A stretch of DNA of 64,000 nucleotides from Eledone cirrhosa (taxonomy: Eukaryota). Every line of letters starts with the position of its first letter. Position 1 is the first letter of the stretch. The stretch spans positions 19,406,001 to 19,470,000 of the forward strand of contig OZ024751.1 of assembly GCA_964016885.1 (NCBI GenBank). The letters run 5' to 3'. The position numbers and the translations under genes are program-made. Below, one piece after another: positions 14,418 through 30,319 of this stretch. Under the pieces are notes generated by a model. The model was not told where the DNA came from and ran no database searches. It saw only the letters and a list, made by a program, of their open reading frames with translations.

Positions 14418-15322
14418 AGCTCGCCAATATCCCAACGATATCTTTCCAATGCCTCTCCAATATCTTTGCAGTAGCTCGCCAATATCCCACCAATATCTTT
14501 CTAATACCTCGCCAATATCCCACCAATATCTTTCTAATACCTCGCCAATATCCCACCAATATCTTTCTAATACCTCGCCAATATCCCACCAATATCTTTC
14601 CAATACCTCTCCAATATCCCACCAATATCTTTCTAATACCTCGCCAATATCCCACCAATATCTTTCCAATACCTCTCCAATATCCCACTAATATCTTTCT
14701 AATACCTCGCCAATATCCCACCAATATCTTTCCAATACCTCGCCAATATCCCACCAATATCTTTCTAATACCTCGCCAATATCCCACCAATATCTTTCCA
14801 ATATCCCACCAATATCTTTCCAGTACCTCTCCAATATCCCACCAATATCTTTCCAATACCTCTCCAATATCCCACCAATATCTTTCCAATACCTCTCCAA
14901 TATCCCACCAATATCTTTCCAATACCTCTCCAATATCTTTCCAATACCTCTCCAATATCCCAACAATATCTTTCCAATACCTCTCCAATATCCCACCAAT
15001 ATTTTTCCAGTACCTCTCCAATATCCCAACAATATCTTTCCAGTACCTCTCCAATATCCCAACAATATCTTTCCAATACCTCTCCAATATCCCACCAATA
15101 TCTTTCCAATACCTCTCCAATATCCCAACAATATCTTTCCAGTACCTCTCCAATATCCCACCAATATCTTTCCAATACCTCTCCAATATCCCACCAATAT
15201 CTTTCCAATACCTCTCCAATATCCCAACAATATCTTTCCAATACCTCTCCAATATCCCACCAATATTTTTCCAGTACCTCTCCAATATCCCAACAATATC
15301 TTTCCAGTACCTCTCCAATATC
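14418..15322. repeat. 33-bp minisatellite built from three 11-bp CCAATA-NNNNN subunits
   Basis: Unit CCAATATCCCA CCAATATCTTT CCAATACCTCT, about 27 copies. Confidence 0.9.
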
Positions 15323-15488
15323 CAGGGCCTGCGAGAGGGAGGTCTAGTTGGTACATTGTTTCGGGGCCCAACAGCTAAGAAGGCCCCACAACACCAAGCA
15401 ACATACATTTAGAAAGAAAAAATCTTTGCCCGATTCGGGCTCCAAAAGGGTCTTGTACCGCCTTACAAAATCTCTCTTGGAGGCCTTG
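15323..15488. mobile_element. Probable hAT-like MITE
   Basis: Imperfect 18-bp TIRs CAGGGCCTGCGAGAGGGA / TCTCTCTTGGAGGCCTTG; possible degenerate 8-bp TSD CCAATATC / CAAATTTC. Confidence 0.55.
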
Positions 15489-15959
15489 CAAATTTCTTTT
15501 ACGGCACCTTCAGCAATATCTTTGCAATATGTCCTCCAATATCAAACAACACATCACTTTCCACAAAGCAGTAATACCCAATCAGATTGTTGCCCTGCTC
15601 CGATTTGACGATGATAGTGCTTGATGGTGATGATCCTGCTGCTGGAGGCAAGCGATGGTTGGTGGTGGTGGTGGTGGTGCTGCTGCTGCTGCTGATGGCG
15701 ACGGTAGTGCAGGTAGCTGCTGTTGCGGAAATGATTGGTGGCGTTGCTGGAGATGGTGGCGGCGGTGCTGATGGTGTTGGTGATGGTGGCGGCGGTGCTG
15801 GTGATGGTGGTGATGGTGGCGATGGTGATGGTGGCGATAGTGATGGTGGCGGTAGTGATGGTGGCGGTAGTGATGGTGGCGACCATGATAATGGTTAGTG
15901 GTGCTGGTGGCGGTAGTGAGGGAGATGGTGGCGGCGGTAGTGATGGAGGTGATGATGGC

Positions 15960-16900
15960 GGCGGTAGTGAGTGAGAGAGGTGATGGTGGCGGTAGTGAGT
16001 GAGAGGTGATGGTGGTGGTAGTGAGTGAGTGAGGGAGGGGTAACGGTAGTGAGTGAGGGAGGTGATGGTGGCGGCGGTAGTGAGTGAGGGAAGTGATGGT
16101 GGCGGTAGTGGGGGAGGTGATGGTGGCGGCGGTAGTGAGTGGGGGAGGTGATGGTGGCGGTAGTGAGGGAGGTGATGGTGGTGGCGGTAGTGAGTGAGAG
16201 AGGTGATGGTGGCGGTAGTGAGTGAGAGAGGTGATGGTGGCGGTAGTGAGTGAGAGGTGATGGTGGCGGTAGTGATTGAGAGAGGTGATGGTGGTGGTAG
16301 TGAGTGAGTGAGGGAGGGGTAACGGTAGTGAGTGAGGGAGGTGATGGTGGCGGCGGTAGTGAGTGAGGGAAGTGATGGTGGCGGTAGTGGGGGAGGTGAT
16401 GGTGGCGGCGGTAGTGAGTGGGGGAGGCGATGGTGACGGCGGTAGTGAGTGGGGGAGGTGATGGTGGCGGCGGTAGTGAGGGAGGTGATGAGGGAGGTGA
16501 TGGTGGCGGCGGTAGTGAGTGGGGGAGGTGATGGTGGCGGCGGTAGTGAGTGGGGGAGGTGATGGTGGCGGCGGTAGTGAGGGAGGTGATGAGGGAGGTG
16601 ATGGTGGCGGCGGTAGTGAGTGGGGGAGGTGATGGTGGCGGCGGTAGTGAGTGGGGGAGGTGATGGTGGCGGCGGTAGTGAGTGAGGGAGGTGGTGGTGG
16701 CGGCGGTAGTGAGTGGGGGAGGTGATGGTGGCGGCGGTAGTGAGTGGGGGAGGTGGTGGTGGCGGCGGTAGTGAGGGAGGTGATGAGGGAGGTGATGGTG
16801 GCGGCGGTAGTGAGTGGGGGAGGTGGTGGTGGCGGCGGTAGTGAGGGAGGTGATGAGGGAGGTGATGGTGGCGGCGGTAGTGAGTGGGGGAGGTGATGGA
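15960..16900. repeat. G-rich minisatellite, unit about 30 bp
   Basis: GGAGGTGATGGTGGCGGCGGTAGTGAGTGG variants. Confidence 0.9.
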
Positions 16901-17154
16901 CTAGTTGGACGAGTTGGGCGTGGCAGGTGAGAGAAAAGGGTGCGTTAATCGATTATGAAAAGACAACGGTGATTTAAAAACAAAATGTCCGTCGTCGGTG
17001 TTGTGTGTGAATAGAGACGGCTGGACAAACACAGGACACCTGCAGTGGGAAGACTGTTGGTCAAACCTGCATCACTACCTGTTTTATACTGTCTCTCATT
17101 ATATACACACACACACACAGGTATGTGTGTGTGCGTATATACATACACAGGTAG

Positions 17155-17192
<38 letters not shown>

Positions 17193-17279
17193 TACTGTAG
17201 TGTGTATATAAGTGATTGTACAGCGTTATACTTGGTAATGTAAACAAACTTTCACACTTTTTCTCTCCCCCTCCTCTCT

Positions 17280-17319
<40 letters not shown>

Positions 17320-17371
17320 ATGTATGTATATTTCTCTCTCTCTCGCATATGTGTGTATATATATGTGTGTC

Positions 17372-17412
<41 letters not shown>

Positions 17413-17521
17413 CTTTCTCTTAACACACTATCTCTGGTCTAGAACAATAGGCTCTTTTGTATGCAGTGATGTCACCGTGTGAATATTAATGTGTGTCTGT
17501 ATATGTATACGTATATGCATG

Positions 17522-17566
<45 letters not shown>

Positions 17567-17692
17567 AATATATATATATATATATATATATATGCGTGTG
17601 TTTAAAAAGATATGGAATTCACACACACATTATATATATACATACACACATTATATATCTACATACACACACACATATACATACACACACAT

Positions 17693-17727
<35 letters not shown>

Positions 17728-18289
17728 TTGTATGTTTTCATTAGAGGGTGGGATGTAAACTGTGTTGGTGCTGTATAAAGGTGTTAAATAGGAAGAAATA
17801 GATCCAGATAGGGGTGTGGTGGTGGTGGGGAGAGGGGGGTGATAGTGGGGGGGGGGGGGCAGTAAGAGAGAGTGGAAGGAGAGGAGAAGGTGAGATTGAG
17901 TAATAGGAGAGAAGCAGTGGGTGGAGAGAATGGGTGATGTGTTGAATGAAAGACAATGGGGGGAGTAAGGTCGGATGGGTGGTAGGTTGTGGGTGTAGTA
18001 GATCACGTGGTAGAGAGTAACAGATGTAAGAGAGGTAGAGAGGTAGAGAGATTGTGATAGAGACAGAGATGTAGTAAGGGATGTAGAGATTGGGAGAGGC
18101 AGTGAGATAGGCATGAGGGAGGAAGAGAGATAGGAGAGAGAGATAGGAGATAGAGTGAAAGGAGAGAGAGAGAAGAGAGAGAGAAAGGAGAGAGAGAGAG
18201 AAAGGAGAGAGAGAGATAATATATTTTGTATATAACATCTCCAATGCAGCACTAACACACACACACAGGTACAGGAAGACATACTCACA

Positions 18290-19205
18290 CACACACACAG
18301 GAGTACATACACACCGACACACACACACAGGAATACACACACAACAACACATACATACGAATACACAAACACAAACATAGGTACACAACAAAAACACAGG
18401 AATACACAAACAAGAGTACACACACACCAACACACACACAGGAGTACACACACACACCAATACATACACAGGAGTACACACACACACCAACACATACACA
18501 CCAACACATACACAGGAGTACACACACACCAACACATACACAGGAGTACACACACACACCAACACACACACCAATACATACACACACCAACACATACACA
18601 GGAGTACACACACACAGGAACACAGGAGTACACACACACCAACACACACACCAACACATACACCAACACAGGAGTACACACACACAGACACACATACACC
18701 AACACAGGAGTACACACACACACCAACACATACACCAACACACACACCAACACACACCAACACATACACAGGAGTACACACACACCAACACATACACAGG
18801 AGTACACACACACACCAACACATACACAGGAGTACACACACACAGCAACACAGGAGTACACACACACCAACACATACACAGGAGTACACACACACAGCAA
18901 CACAGGAGTACACACACACACCAACACACACACCAACACAGGAGTACACACACACACCGACACACACACCAACACACATACACCAACACAGGAGTACACA
19001 CACACACCAACACACACACCAACACAGGAGTACACACACACACCGACACACACACCAACACACATACACCAACACAGGAGTACACACACACACCAACACA
19101 CACACCAACACAGGAGTACACACACACACCGACACACACACCAACACACATACACCAACACAGGAGTACACACACACACCAACACACACACCAACACATA
19201 CACAC
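18290..19205. repeat. CA-derived minisatellite
   Basis: CAGGAGTACACACACACCAACACA units. Confidence 0.9.
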
Positions 19206-19831
19206 ATCAACACAAATGTTAACCTTTTCTAAACTATTTTCTATGTCAATGTTTGTCTTGTTTCGTTTTTTGTATGTCAACTCCTCCCCTCCTCTTCTCC
19301 GTAGATTCTTTATATAGATTTGACATCTCCTGACACGCCTCACTTCGTGGACCTACCTCCACTTCGAGCCCCTCACCCCCAGAGATCCCTTCACCTCCCT
19401 TTCCTATCAACTGAACTGTGAAACACTCCACCTGTTCAGCAAAAGAGACCCCAGCCTGAGATGATTTTCTTCTGGAGTAAAGGTTATAACGTTCGTGTCT
19501 CTTACTCTCCCCTCCAGTTTTCTGTTCACACAAAACTAAGGTCCTTGACTGTTGTATTCAGGGTCGCTGTTTAGCTCCAATTCAACCACGATCCAGTAGG
19601 CCTATCTATGGTCAATGACGTTAAAGGTGTCACCATCTGGCTTCTTTTACATTTTAATAAACAGTACCTCTAAGAAGGATTAGGGTTAAAAAAAGTGAAG
19701 GACTCCACTTTTTTAACAAGGTGAGGTAATGGTGGTATTATAGGGTTTGATTTGAGGGAGATTTGGCTGCTATTACAAGACAATGTAGGCTGTAATTTGA
19801 GGGCGATTTGGCTGCTACTATATACTAATGT

Positions 19832-20345
19832 AGTGTGTGATTTTAGGGTGTTTGGGCTATTTCAAAACTATACAGTGTGTGATTTTAGGGAGTTTTGGCT
19901 ATTTCAAAATTATACAGTGTGTGATTTTAGGGAGTTTGGGCTATTTCAAAACTATAAAGTGTGTGATTTTAGTGAGTTTGGGCTATTTCAAAATTATACA
20001 GTGTGTGATTTTAGGGTGTTTGGGCTATTTCAAAACTATACAGTGTGTGATTTTAGGGAGTTTGGGCTATTTCAAAATTATACAGTGTGTGATTTTAGGG
20101 AGTTTTGGCTATTTCAAAATTATACAGTGTGTGATTTTAGGGAGTTTGGGCTATTTCAAAACTATAAAGTGTGTGATTTTAGTGAGTTTGGGCAATTATA
20201 CAGTGTGTGATTTTAGGGAGTTTGAGTTATTTCGAAACTATGTAGTGTGTGATTTTAAGGAGATTTAACTGCTATTTCAAAACAATATAGTGTGTGATTT
20301 TTAGGGAGTTTGGGCTATTTCAGAACTATATTATGTGTGATTCGA
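19832..20345. repeat. 42-bp minisatellite
   Basis: GTGTGTGATTTTAGGGAGTTTGGGCTATTTCAAAATTATACA, about 12 copies, degenerate at the edges. Confidence 0.92.
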
Positions 20346-20500
20346 GAGAGATTTGACTGCTATTTCAAGAAGGTATAGAGTTTGACTTGTGGGAAAACTT
20401 GGTTGTTATATTAAAATGTGATATGAGGGCAATTTGGCTGCTGTTTCTTCTAGCAAGTAAAACATCTACCTAAAGTTCTTTCTCCTTCTGCTCTCCCTCC

Positions 20501-20548
<48 letters not shown>

Positions 20549-21658
20549 TATATTGGCTCATCAATAATAATAATAACAATAATAATTATTATAATAAAAC
20601 AAAGCATCTTTCACTAATCTTAAACAGCAATTTAAAACCACAGTTCTGCACATCACCGAAAGCCATTGTTCTTAATATACAACAAACGTTTTATCTCATA
20701 CACACACACACAGATGCAAACACACACACACATATATATATACACACACATCTCATCCAACCAAGAAGATAGATCTACACTCATTCACAATTACATCTAA
20801 ATAATTTCAAATTCACAATCTTTAGCTGCTGCTGCTGGTGGCGACAGCAATGGTGATGGTGATGGCAGTAGTGATGGTGATGGCAGTAGTGATGGTGATG
20901 GCAGTGATGATGGTGGCGGTGATGACACAAAACAAAACAAAACTAATTTAAATAGGCATTCCATGACATGCCAAACTTCCTTTATGTCTTCCACTGACGT
21001 AACAACAATAACAACAACAACAATGAAAAGCCATCAGATTTCAGAAACACGTACATCGAGAAACTTAATATCAACATGCACTCGTGAATTGTGGGGTGTA
21101 CATACTTGGCTGAGAGAGAGAGAGAGAGAGAGATCAAGGGTAGTTTCCACCCTTTTCCTCTCCTCCAACCTTAAGTGAGAGAACTCCTACACTTCAAAAC
21201 TTTGAAGAATTTCTATGACAGCTCCAAATATCTCCAACCATACTAACCACCTACACACCATCATCATCATCATCACCACCTCACTATAAATCCAACCCCG
21301 CACACACACACACACGCACCATTTTCGAAGATCTCTAAACTTACAGGTTTAGATTAGTAAAATGTGCATGTTATAATTTTACCTAATATTGTAAATTTAA
21401 ACTTTTCTGCGCAAAGAAATGGGGGAAATAAATTTACATATCTTTTTTTTAACAAACATTTTTTTCTTAATATTGAGAGTGGAGGAACAACAAATCTCTT
21501 GAGGTGTCGTAGTGAAGAACTGGACAAAAAAAAAACAAAAAAAAGAACAAACAAACAAACAAAGAGGGCGGTTAAGGGCATCTGGTCTATTATATACAAA
21601 TATGGAAGGTGGGGGGGGGGGGGACAAACGGCTTGAATAAACTTTAATGAGTTCTTAC

Positions 21659-21850
21659 CTCGATGAAGTTAGCCAGGAGGACACTGCTCAACTCCTGTTC
21701 CAGAATCTCCTTGTTAGATGCGTTGTTATAGCAAATGGCGATCAATGTTGGGAACAAGATGTTGGTGAGCCGTGGATCACTGAAATACTGGAATGGTAAG
21801 GAGCAGAGCTGCTGCAGAATGGTCGGAGACTGACCGGATTGGACAATGTT
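21659..21850 (-). CDS. SCAPER: SCAPER (S-phase cyclin A-associated protein in the ER), internal C-terminal coding exon, 64 codons, phase 0/0
   Basis: Translates NIVQSGQSPTILQQLCSLPFQYFSDPRLTNILFPTLIAICYNNASNKEILEQELSSVLLANFIE, which matches my recall of the vertebrate SCAPER C-terminus (IVQSG..PTVLQKLCQLPFQYFSDPRL..VLFPSLIAACYNN..NK.ILEQEMS..LLA.FI). Acceptor tttcactttcag| and donor GAG|gtaaga; 192 nt. Confidence 0.93.
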
Positions 21851-22149
21851 CTGAAAGTGAAACAAACAAAAAATAAACAGGTAAAAATTAACATATTTGC
21901 AAAAGCGACTGCCATAAAGGAATATACATCTTTATCGTTTCTTACCTCTTTCAAAATTGAATTTTAAAAAAAATAATTTGTTTTTAATCAAAAATAATGT
22001 TGATCAACTTGTTATACGTATTTTTAGGTGCATTTTGTTGTTATACGTATTTTTAGGTGCATTTTGTTGTTCTTGTTGAAAGTATGCACATGGCAGACTT
22101 TTGTTCCAACAGTATTATATATTGGGAGAGTGTAACTATAAAAATAAAA

Positions 22150-22443
22150 TAGGTAGGTTAGGTAGGGAGGTAGGTAGGTAAGTTAGGTAGGTAAGTTAGG
22201 TAGGTAGGTAAGTTAGGTAGGTAGGTAGGTAGGTAGGTAGGTAGGTAGGTAGGTAGGTAGGTAGGTAGGTAAGTTAGGTAGGTAGGTAAGTTAGGTAGGT
22301 AGGTAAGTTAGGTAGGTAGGTAAGTTAGGTAGGTAGGTAAGTTAGGTAGGTAGGTAGGTAGGTAGATAGGTAGGTAAGTTAGGTAGGTAGGTAGGTAAGT
22401 TAGGTAGGTAGGTAGGTAGGTAGGTAGACAGATCGGTAGGTAG
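22150..22443. repeat. (TAGG)n tetranucleotide repeat
   Basis: TAGG runs with TAAGT interruptions, about 300 bp from the SCAPER exon acceptor. Confidence 0.95.
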
Positions 22444-22799
22444 ACATTTTCGTTGCCTCAATGGTATAAATTGGGACAGTTTTATCTTAGTACTATTCTT
22501 ATTGATCAATATGATTAGCAATATAAATGGTAACGACTCCGTTTGGTCACGAATGACCATGGGATTTGCACCTAGAAAATTCCCTGTCGAGGCACAAGCC
22601 CAAACAAGGTGTTTTTGTGGAAGACCATCAGACTAGTCTCCCCTCTTCACAGCACCAATGTTGTCCAAGGGAAAGGCAATGGTTGATATAGCTTGGCACC
22701 AGTGACGTCGCAATTGTATACACACTGTATATACATTATATACATATTATATATATATATATTATATATATATACACTATATATATACACTATATATGA

Positions 22800-22986
22800 T
22801 GTCATCCAAAAGAAAGGCAAAGGGAAATACAGCTTGGCACCGGGGACGTCTCTTATTTGTAGAGCTGAGTGACTGAAGCAACATGAAATAAAGTGTCTAG
22901 CTCAAGGACACAACGAATCACCCGGTTCGGGGATTGAACTCACAACCTCGTGACTGAATCTCTAACCACTAAGCCACCACGCGCCT
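22800..22986 (-). mobile_element. tRNA/CORE-type SINE
   Basis: Reverse complement of the 2651 family (GAAATAAAGTGTCTAGCTCAAGGACAC...CTCTAACCACTAAGCCAC). Confidence 0.7.
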
Positions 22987-23600
22987 TAGAAAAATAACTA
23001 ATTATCGTTAAATTACGATAAATATTGCAAAGAGTATTAAGTGGAATCCAAACTTTATTTTGAGATCTAGACAGCACTATAATGTTGAAAGGGTTGTGAT
23101 TGCATCTCAGAAACTAACCCTTCTTTTCAGTGCCAGAAACTAACCCTTCTCTTCAGTGCCAGAAACTAACCCTTCTCTTCAGTGCCAGAAAATTCTTCAT
23201 CCCACAATTACTGACTTAAAAAGTTTAGGTGAAATTTACAAAAGGTATACAGCTCCCACCTTTGGAACAGTGCTGCTACACACACACACACACACACATC
23301 CTATCCTCCTTTAGTGATTCCAGAGAAAGAACACTCAACTGATTGCCATAAAGCCAATCACAGACCTACTCTACCCCAGTCAGAGAGAGGAGGAGAAGGA
23401 GAGAGGGGAAGAGGGGAGAGAGAGGGGAAGAGGGGAGAGAGGGGGAGAGGGGAGAGGGAAGAGAGGGGAGAGGGAAGAGGGAAGAGAGGGGGAGAGACAC
23501 AGAGAAAGAGACACAGAGAAAGAGACACAGAGAAAGAGACACAGAGACAGACAGAGAGAGACGCAGAGACAGAGAGAGAGACGCAGACAGAGACAGAGAC

Positions 23601-23734
<134 letters not shown>

Positions 23735-24049
23735 CAGCCGTAACAATTCAACCACTGTTTAACAAAACATGTTATTTTATGGCTGGGAGTCCCAAGGTAA
23801 AGACGGGGGGGGGGGGGGGGGGGAGAATTGTTTTTACTGATTGACTCACCCCTATTTCAAGACATTCAATACATGGGTGGAGAGGGCTGGGAGTTGTTAC
23901 AAACCTAGAGGATACATCATTATGAGTGGAGGTGAGGTGAGGCAAATATAGGGACCAGAGTATGGTGGCGTTGTGTGGTACCTCTACTGGTGCAAGGAAT
24001 ATTGTGGACAACGGGGGGGGGGGGGAGGTTTTATTTATTTATACAACTA

Positions 24050-24056
24050 GTGTGTG

Positions 24057-24123
<67 letters not shown>

Positions 24124-24323
24124 ACACACAAAAACAAACTCATGTATATACATATATATACACACACACGTATATATATACATATACACATATATATACA
24201 CATACATACATACATACACACACATATATATATACACACACACATATATATATACATACACACATATATATATATACACACACATATATATATATACACA
24301 CACACATATATATATATACACAC

Positions 24324-24354
<31 letters not shown>

Positions 24355-26216
24355 TATATATACACACACATATATACACACATATATATATACACACACA
24401 CATATATATATATATACACACACACATATATATATATATACACACACACATATATATATACACACACACATATATATACACACACACATATATATACACA
24501 CATACACACACACACATATATATATATATATACACACACATATATATACACACATATATATACACACACACATACATATATATATATACACACACACATA
24601 TATATATATATACACATACACATACATATATATATATATACACATACACATAGATATATATATATACACATACACATACACATATATATATATACACATA
24701 CACATACATATATATATATACACATACATATATATATATATACACATACACATACATATATATACACATACACATACACATATATATATATACACATACA
24801 CATACATATATATACACATACACATACAATATATATATATACACATATATATATATACACATACACAGATATATATATACACATACACATACACATATAT
24901 ATACACATACACATACACATATATATACACATACACATACACATATATATACATACACATATACATACATACACATATATACACATATACATACATACAC
25001 ATATATACACATATACATACATACACATATATATATATATACATACATACACATATATATATATATACATACATACACATATATATATATATACATACAT
25101 ACACATATATATATATACATACATACACATATATATATATACATACATACACATATATATATATACATACATACACATATATATATATATACATACATAC
25201 ACATATATATATATATACATACATACATACACATATATATATATATACATACATACATACACATATATATATATATACATACATACATACACATATATAT
25301 ATATATACATACATACACATATATATATATATACATACATACACATATATATATATATACATACATACACATATATATATATATACATACATACACATAT
25401 ATATATATATACATACATACACATATATATATATATACATACATACACATATATATATATATACATACATACACATATATATATATAAACATACATACAC
25501 ATATATATACATACATACACATATATATATATATACATACATACACATATATATATATATACATACATACACATATATATATATATATATACATACATAC
25601 ACACATATATATATACATACATACACATATATATATATACATACATACACATATATACATACATACACATATATATATATACATACATACACATATATAT
25701 ATATACATACATACACATATATATATACATACATACACATATATATATATACATACATACACATATATATATACATACATACACATATATATATACATAC
25801 ATACACATATATATATATACATACATACACATATATATATATACATACATACACATATATATATATATATACATACACATATATATATATATACATACAT
25901 ACACATATATATATATACATACATACACATATATATATATATACATACATACACATATATATATATATACATACATACACATATATATATATATACATAC
26001 ATACACATATATATATACATACATACACATATATATACATACACATATATATATATACATACACATATATATATATACATACACATATATATACATACAT
26101 ACACATATATATACATACATACACATATATATACATACATACACATATATATACATACATACACATATATATACATACATATACATACATACATATATAT
26201 ACATACATACATACAT

Positions 26217-26247
<31 letters not shown>

Positions 26248-26255
26248 CACATACA

Positions 26256-26289
<34 letters not shown>

Positions 26290-26314
26290 CATACATACAT
26301 ACATACATATATAT

Positions 26315-26347
<33 letters not shown>

Positions 26348-27956
26348 TACATACATATATACATACATACACATATATATATACATACATACACATATAT
26401 ATATACATACATACACATATATATATATATATACACATACATATATATATATATACACATACACATACATATATATACACATACACATACACATATATAT
26501 ATATACACATACACATACATATATATACACATACACATACACATATATATATATACACATATATATATATACACATACACATACACATATATATACACAT
26601 ACACATACACATATATATACACATACACATACACATATATATACATACACATATACATACATACACATACACATATACATACATACACATATATACACAT
26701 ATACATACATACACATATATACACATATACATACATACACATATATATATATATACATACATACACATATATATATATATACATACATACACATATATAT
26801 ATATATACATACATACACATATATATATATACATACATACACATATATATATATACATACATACACATATATATATATACATACATACACATATATATAT
26901 ATATACATACATACACATATATATATATATACATACATACATACACATATATATATATATACATACATACATACACATATATATATATATACATACATAC
27001 ATACACATATATATATATATACATACATACACATATATATATATATACATACATACACATATATATATATATACATACATACACATATATATATATATAC
27101 ATACATACACATATATATATATATACATACATACACATATATATATATATACATACATACACATATATATATATATACATACATACACATATATATATAT
27201 ATACATACATACACATATATATATATAAACATACATACACATATATATACATACATACACATATATATATATATACATACATACACATATATATATATAT
27301 ACATACATACACATATATATATATATATATACATACATACACACATATATATATACATACATACACATATATATATATACATACATACACATATATACAT
27401 ACATACACATATATATATATACATACATACACATATATATATATACATACATACACATATATATATACATACATACACATATATATATATACATACATAC
27501 ACATATATATATACATACATACACATATATATATACATACATACACATATATATATATACATACATACACATATATATATATACATACATACACATATAT
27601 ATATATATATACATACACATATATATATATATACATACATACACATATATATATATACATACATACACATATATATATATATACATACATACACATATAT
27701 ATATATATACATACATACACATATATATATATATACATACATACACATATATATATACATACATACACATATATATACATACACATATATATATATACAT
27801 ACACATATATATATATACATACACATATATATACATACATACACATATATATACATACATACACATATATATACATACATACACATATATATACATACAT
27901 ACACATATATATACATACATATACATACATACATATATATACATACATACATACAT

Positions 27957-27987
<31 letters not shown>

Positions 27988-27995
27988 CACATACA

Positions 27996-28029
<34 letters not shown>

Positions 28030-28054
28030 CATACATACATACATACATATATAT

Positions 28055-28087
<33 letters not shown>

Positions 28088-28798
28088 TACATACATATAT
28101 ACATACATACACATATATATATACATACATACACATATATATATACATACATACACATATATATATACATACATACACATATATATATATACATACATAC
28201 ACATATATATATATACATACATACACATATATATATACATACATACACATATATATATATACATACATACACATATATATATACATACATACACATATAT
28301 ATATACATACATACACATATATATATACATACATACACATATATATATACATACATACACATATATATATACATACATACACATATATATATACATACAT
28401 ACATACACATATATATATACATACATACATACACATATATATATACATACATACACATATATATATACATACATACACATATATATATACATACACATAG
28501 ATATATACATACACATAGATATATACATACACATAGATATATATATACATACACACACATATATATATACACACATATATATATATATACACACATATAT
28601 ATATATACACACATATATATATATACACACATATATATATATACACACATATATATATATACACACATATATACATACATACATATATACATACATACAC
28701 ACATATATACATACATACATATATACATACATACACACATATATATATATATATACACACATATATATATATATATACACATATATATATATATATAT

Positions 28799-28837
<39 letters not shown>

Positions 28838-29110
28838 TATATATATATACACACATATATATATATATATACACACATATATATATATATATACACACAT
28901 ATATATATATATATACACATATATATATATACACATATATATATATATATATACACATATATACATACATACACACGCATATATACACACACATACATAT
29001 ATACACACACATATATACACACACATACATATATACACACACATACATACACATATATATATACATACACACATATATACACACACATACATACACATAT
29101 ATATACATAC

Positions 29111-29163
<53 letters not shown>
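24050..29163. repeat. 5.1-kb compound (TA/CA) microsatellite
   Basis: Alternating purine-pyrimidine ATACATACACATATAT units; produces the spurious 1700-aa ORFs. Confidence 0.97.
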
Positions 29164-29305
29164 CAGAGAAAGAGAGAGAGAGAACCCGGTGCGATGAAAA
29201 GTTTTTAGTGACAATATTATCTCTAATTTTGCAACATACATACACACTTATCTCAAAAACCACCCGCCTTCCCCCCATCACCGTCTGCAACACACACACA
29301 CAGAC

Positions 29306-29336
<31 letters not shown>

Positions 29337-29531
29337 CACCCACCACCCACCTTATATCACCTCCACCAGACAAACTGACTTAGAACAACACAGCTGAATG
29401 AAACTGATTCTAGCAAGTATGCAAGCAGGGGTCACTGATTATAAGGTAGAGAGGGGGGGTGAGAGAAGGGGGGGGGGTGAGAGGGAGACAGACAGACAGA
29501 GAGAGAGAGAGGCAGACAGAAAGAGACAGAC

Positions 29532-29568
<37 letters not shown>

Positions 29569-30319
29569 TAGAGAGAGAGAGCGAGAGAGATAGAGAGAGA
29601 GAGCGAGAGAGATAGAGATAGACAGCGAGAGAGAGAAGGTAAGAGGGGAAGAGAGACAGCTAAAGAGAGAAAGCGAGAGAGAGAAGGTAAGAGGGGAAGA
29701 GAGACAGCGAGAGAGAGAAGGTAAGAGGGGAAGAGAGAGAGAAGGTAAGAGGGGAAGAGAGAGAGAAGGTAAGAGGGGAAGAGAGAGAGAAGGTAAGAAG
29801 GGAAGAGAGACAGCGAGGGTAAGAAGGGAAGAGAGACAGCGAGAGAGAGAAGGTGAGAGAGAAGTGGCAACGGTCGCGATAAATGTGAGAGGGTGGGGGA
29901 GAAGAGAAAAATAGAGGTACACGAAAATAAGAGTTTTAAAAAGTGTCTGTCTGTCTGTCTGTCTGTGTCTGTCTGTGTCTGTGTCTGTGTGTGTGTGTGT
30001 GTTTATAGTATATTTTTATATGACACACTTGATTGGTCGCTCATAGCATGAGATATCTTTATATAAAAATACACTATCAACGCACCCTGTTGAGCAATGT
30101 TGATATATACAGACTAGGATTACAGAATTAATTCCAAACTAAAAGTACATCATACACTCTACCTACTGAAGTATTGAGTACTTTCTTTTGTATTTCTAAG
30201 TTTTGTCGTCATTAGCAAAACGGACTTTCTTTTTCCAAAATGGCCGACTGAATACAGTTTTTTTTCTGTTCCTTCCTCTTTTCACTATCTGTCTATTTCA
30301 TCTTGAATTTCTCATTACG

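Noticed and set aside
14263-15408. 381-aa ORF with an ILERYWKDIGG repeat
   Set aside because: It is the product of a 33-bp minisatellite, open in several frames, with no splice or domain support.
19246-19533. 95-aa ORF in unique sequence
   Set aside because: No recognisable motif and no convincing splice sites.
19752-20290. Regular repeat that could be taken for a CRISPR array or TTTAGGG telomeric sequence
   Set aside because: Contiguous 42-bp tandem units with no unique spacers, no cas genes and a eukaryotic context; TTTAGGG occurs only once per unit.
21397-21521. Possible short terminal SCAPER exon after a strong polypyrimidine/AG on the minus strand
   Set aside because: The translation (FFTTTPQEICC...) does not resemble the SCAPER C-terminus as I recall it; unsupported without RNA-seq.
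23962-29350. ORFs of up to 1740 aa (YIYTHI / VCMYIY)
   Set aside because: They are translations of a TA/CA microsatellite that lacks stop codons in several frames; there is no protein signal.
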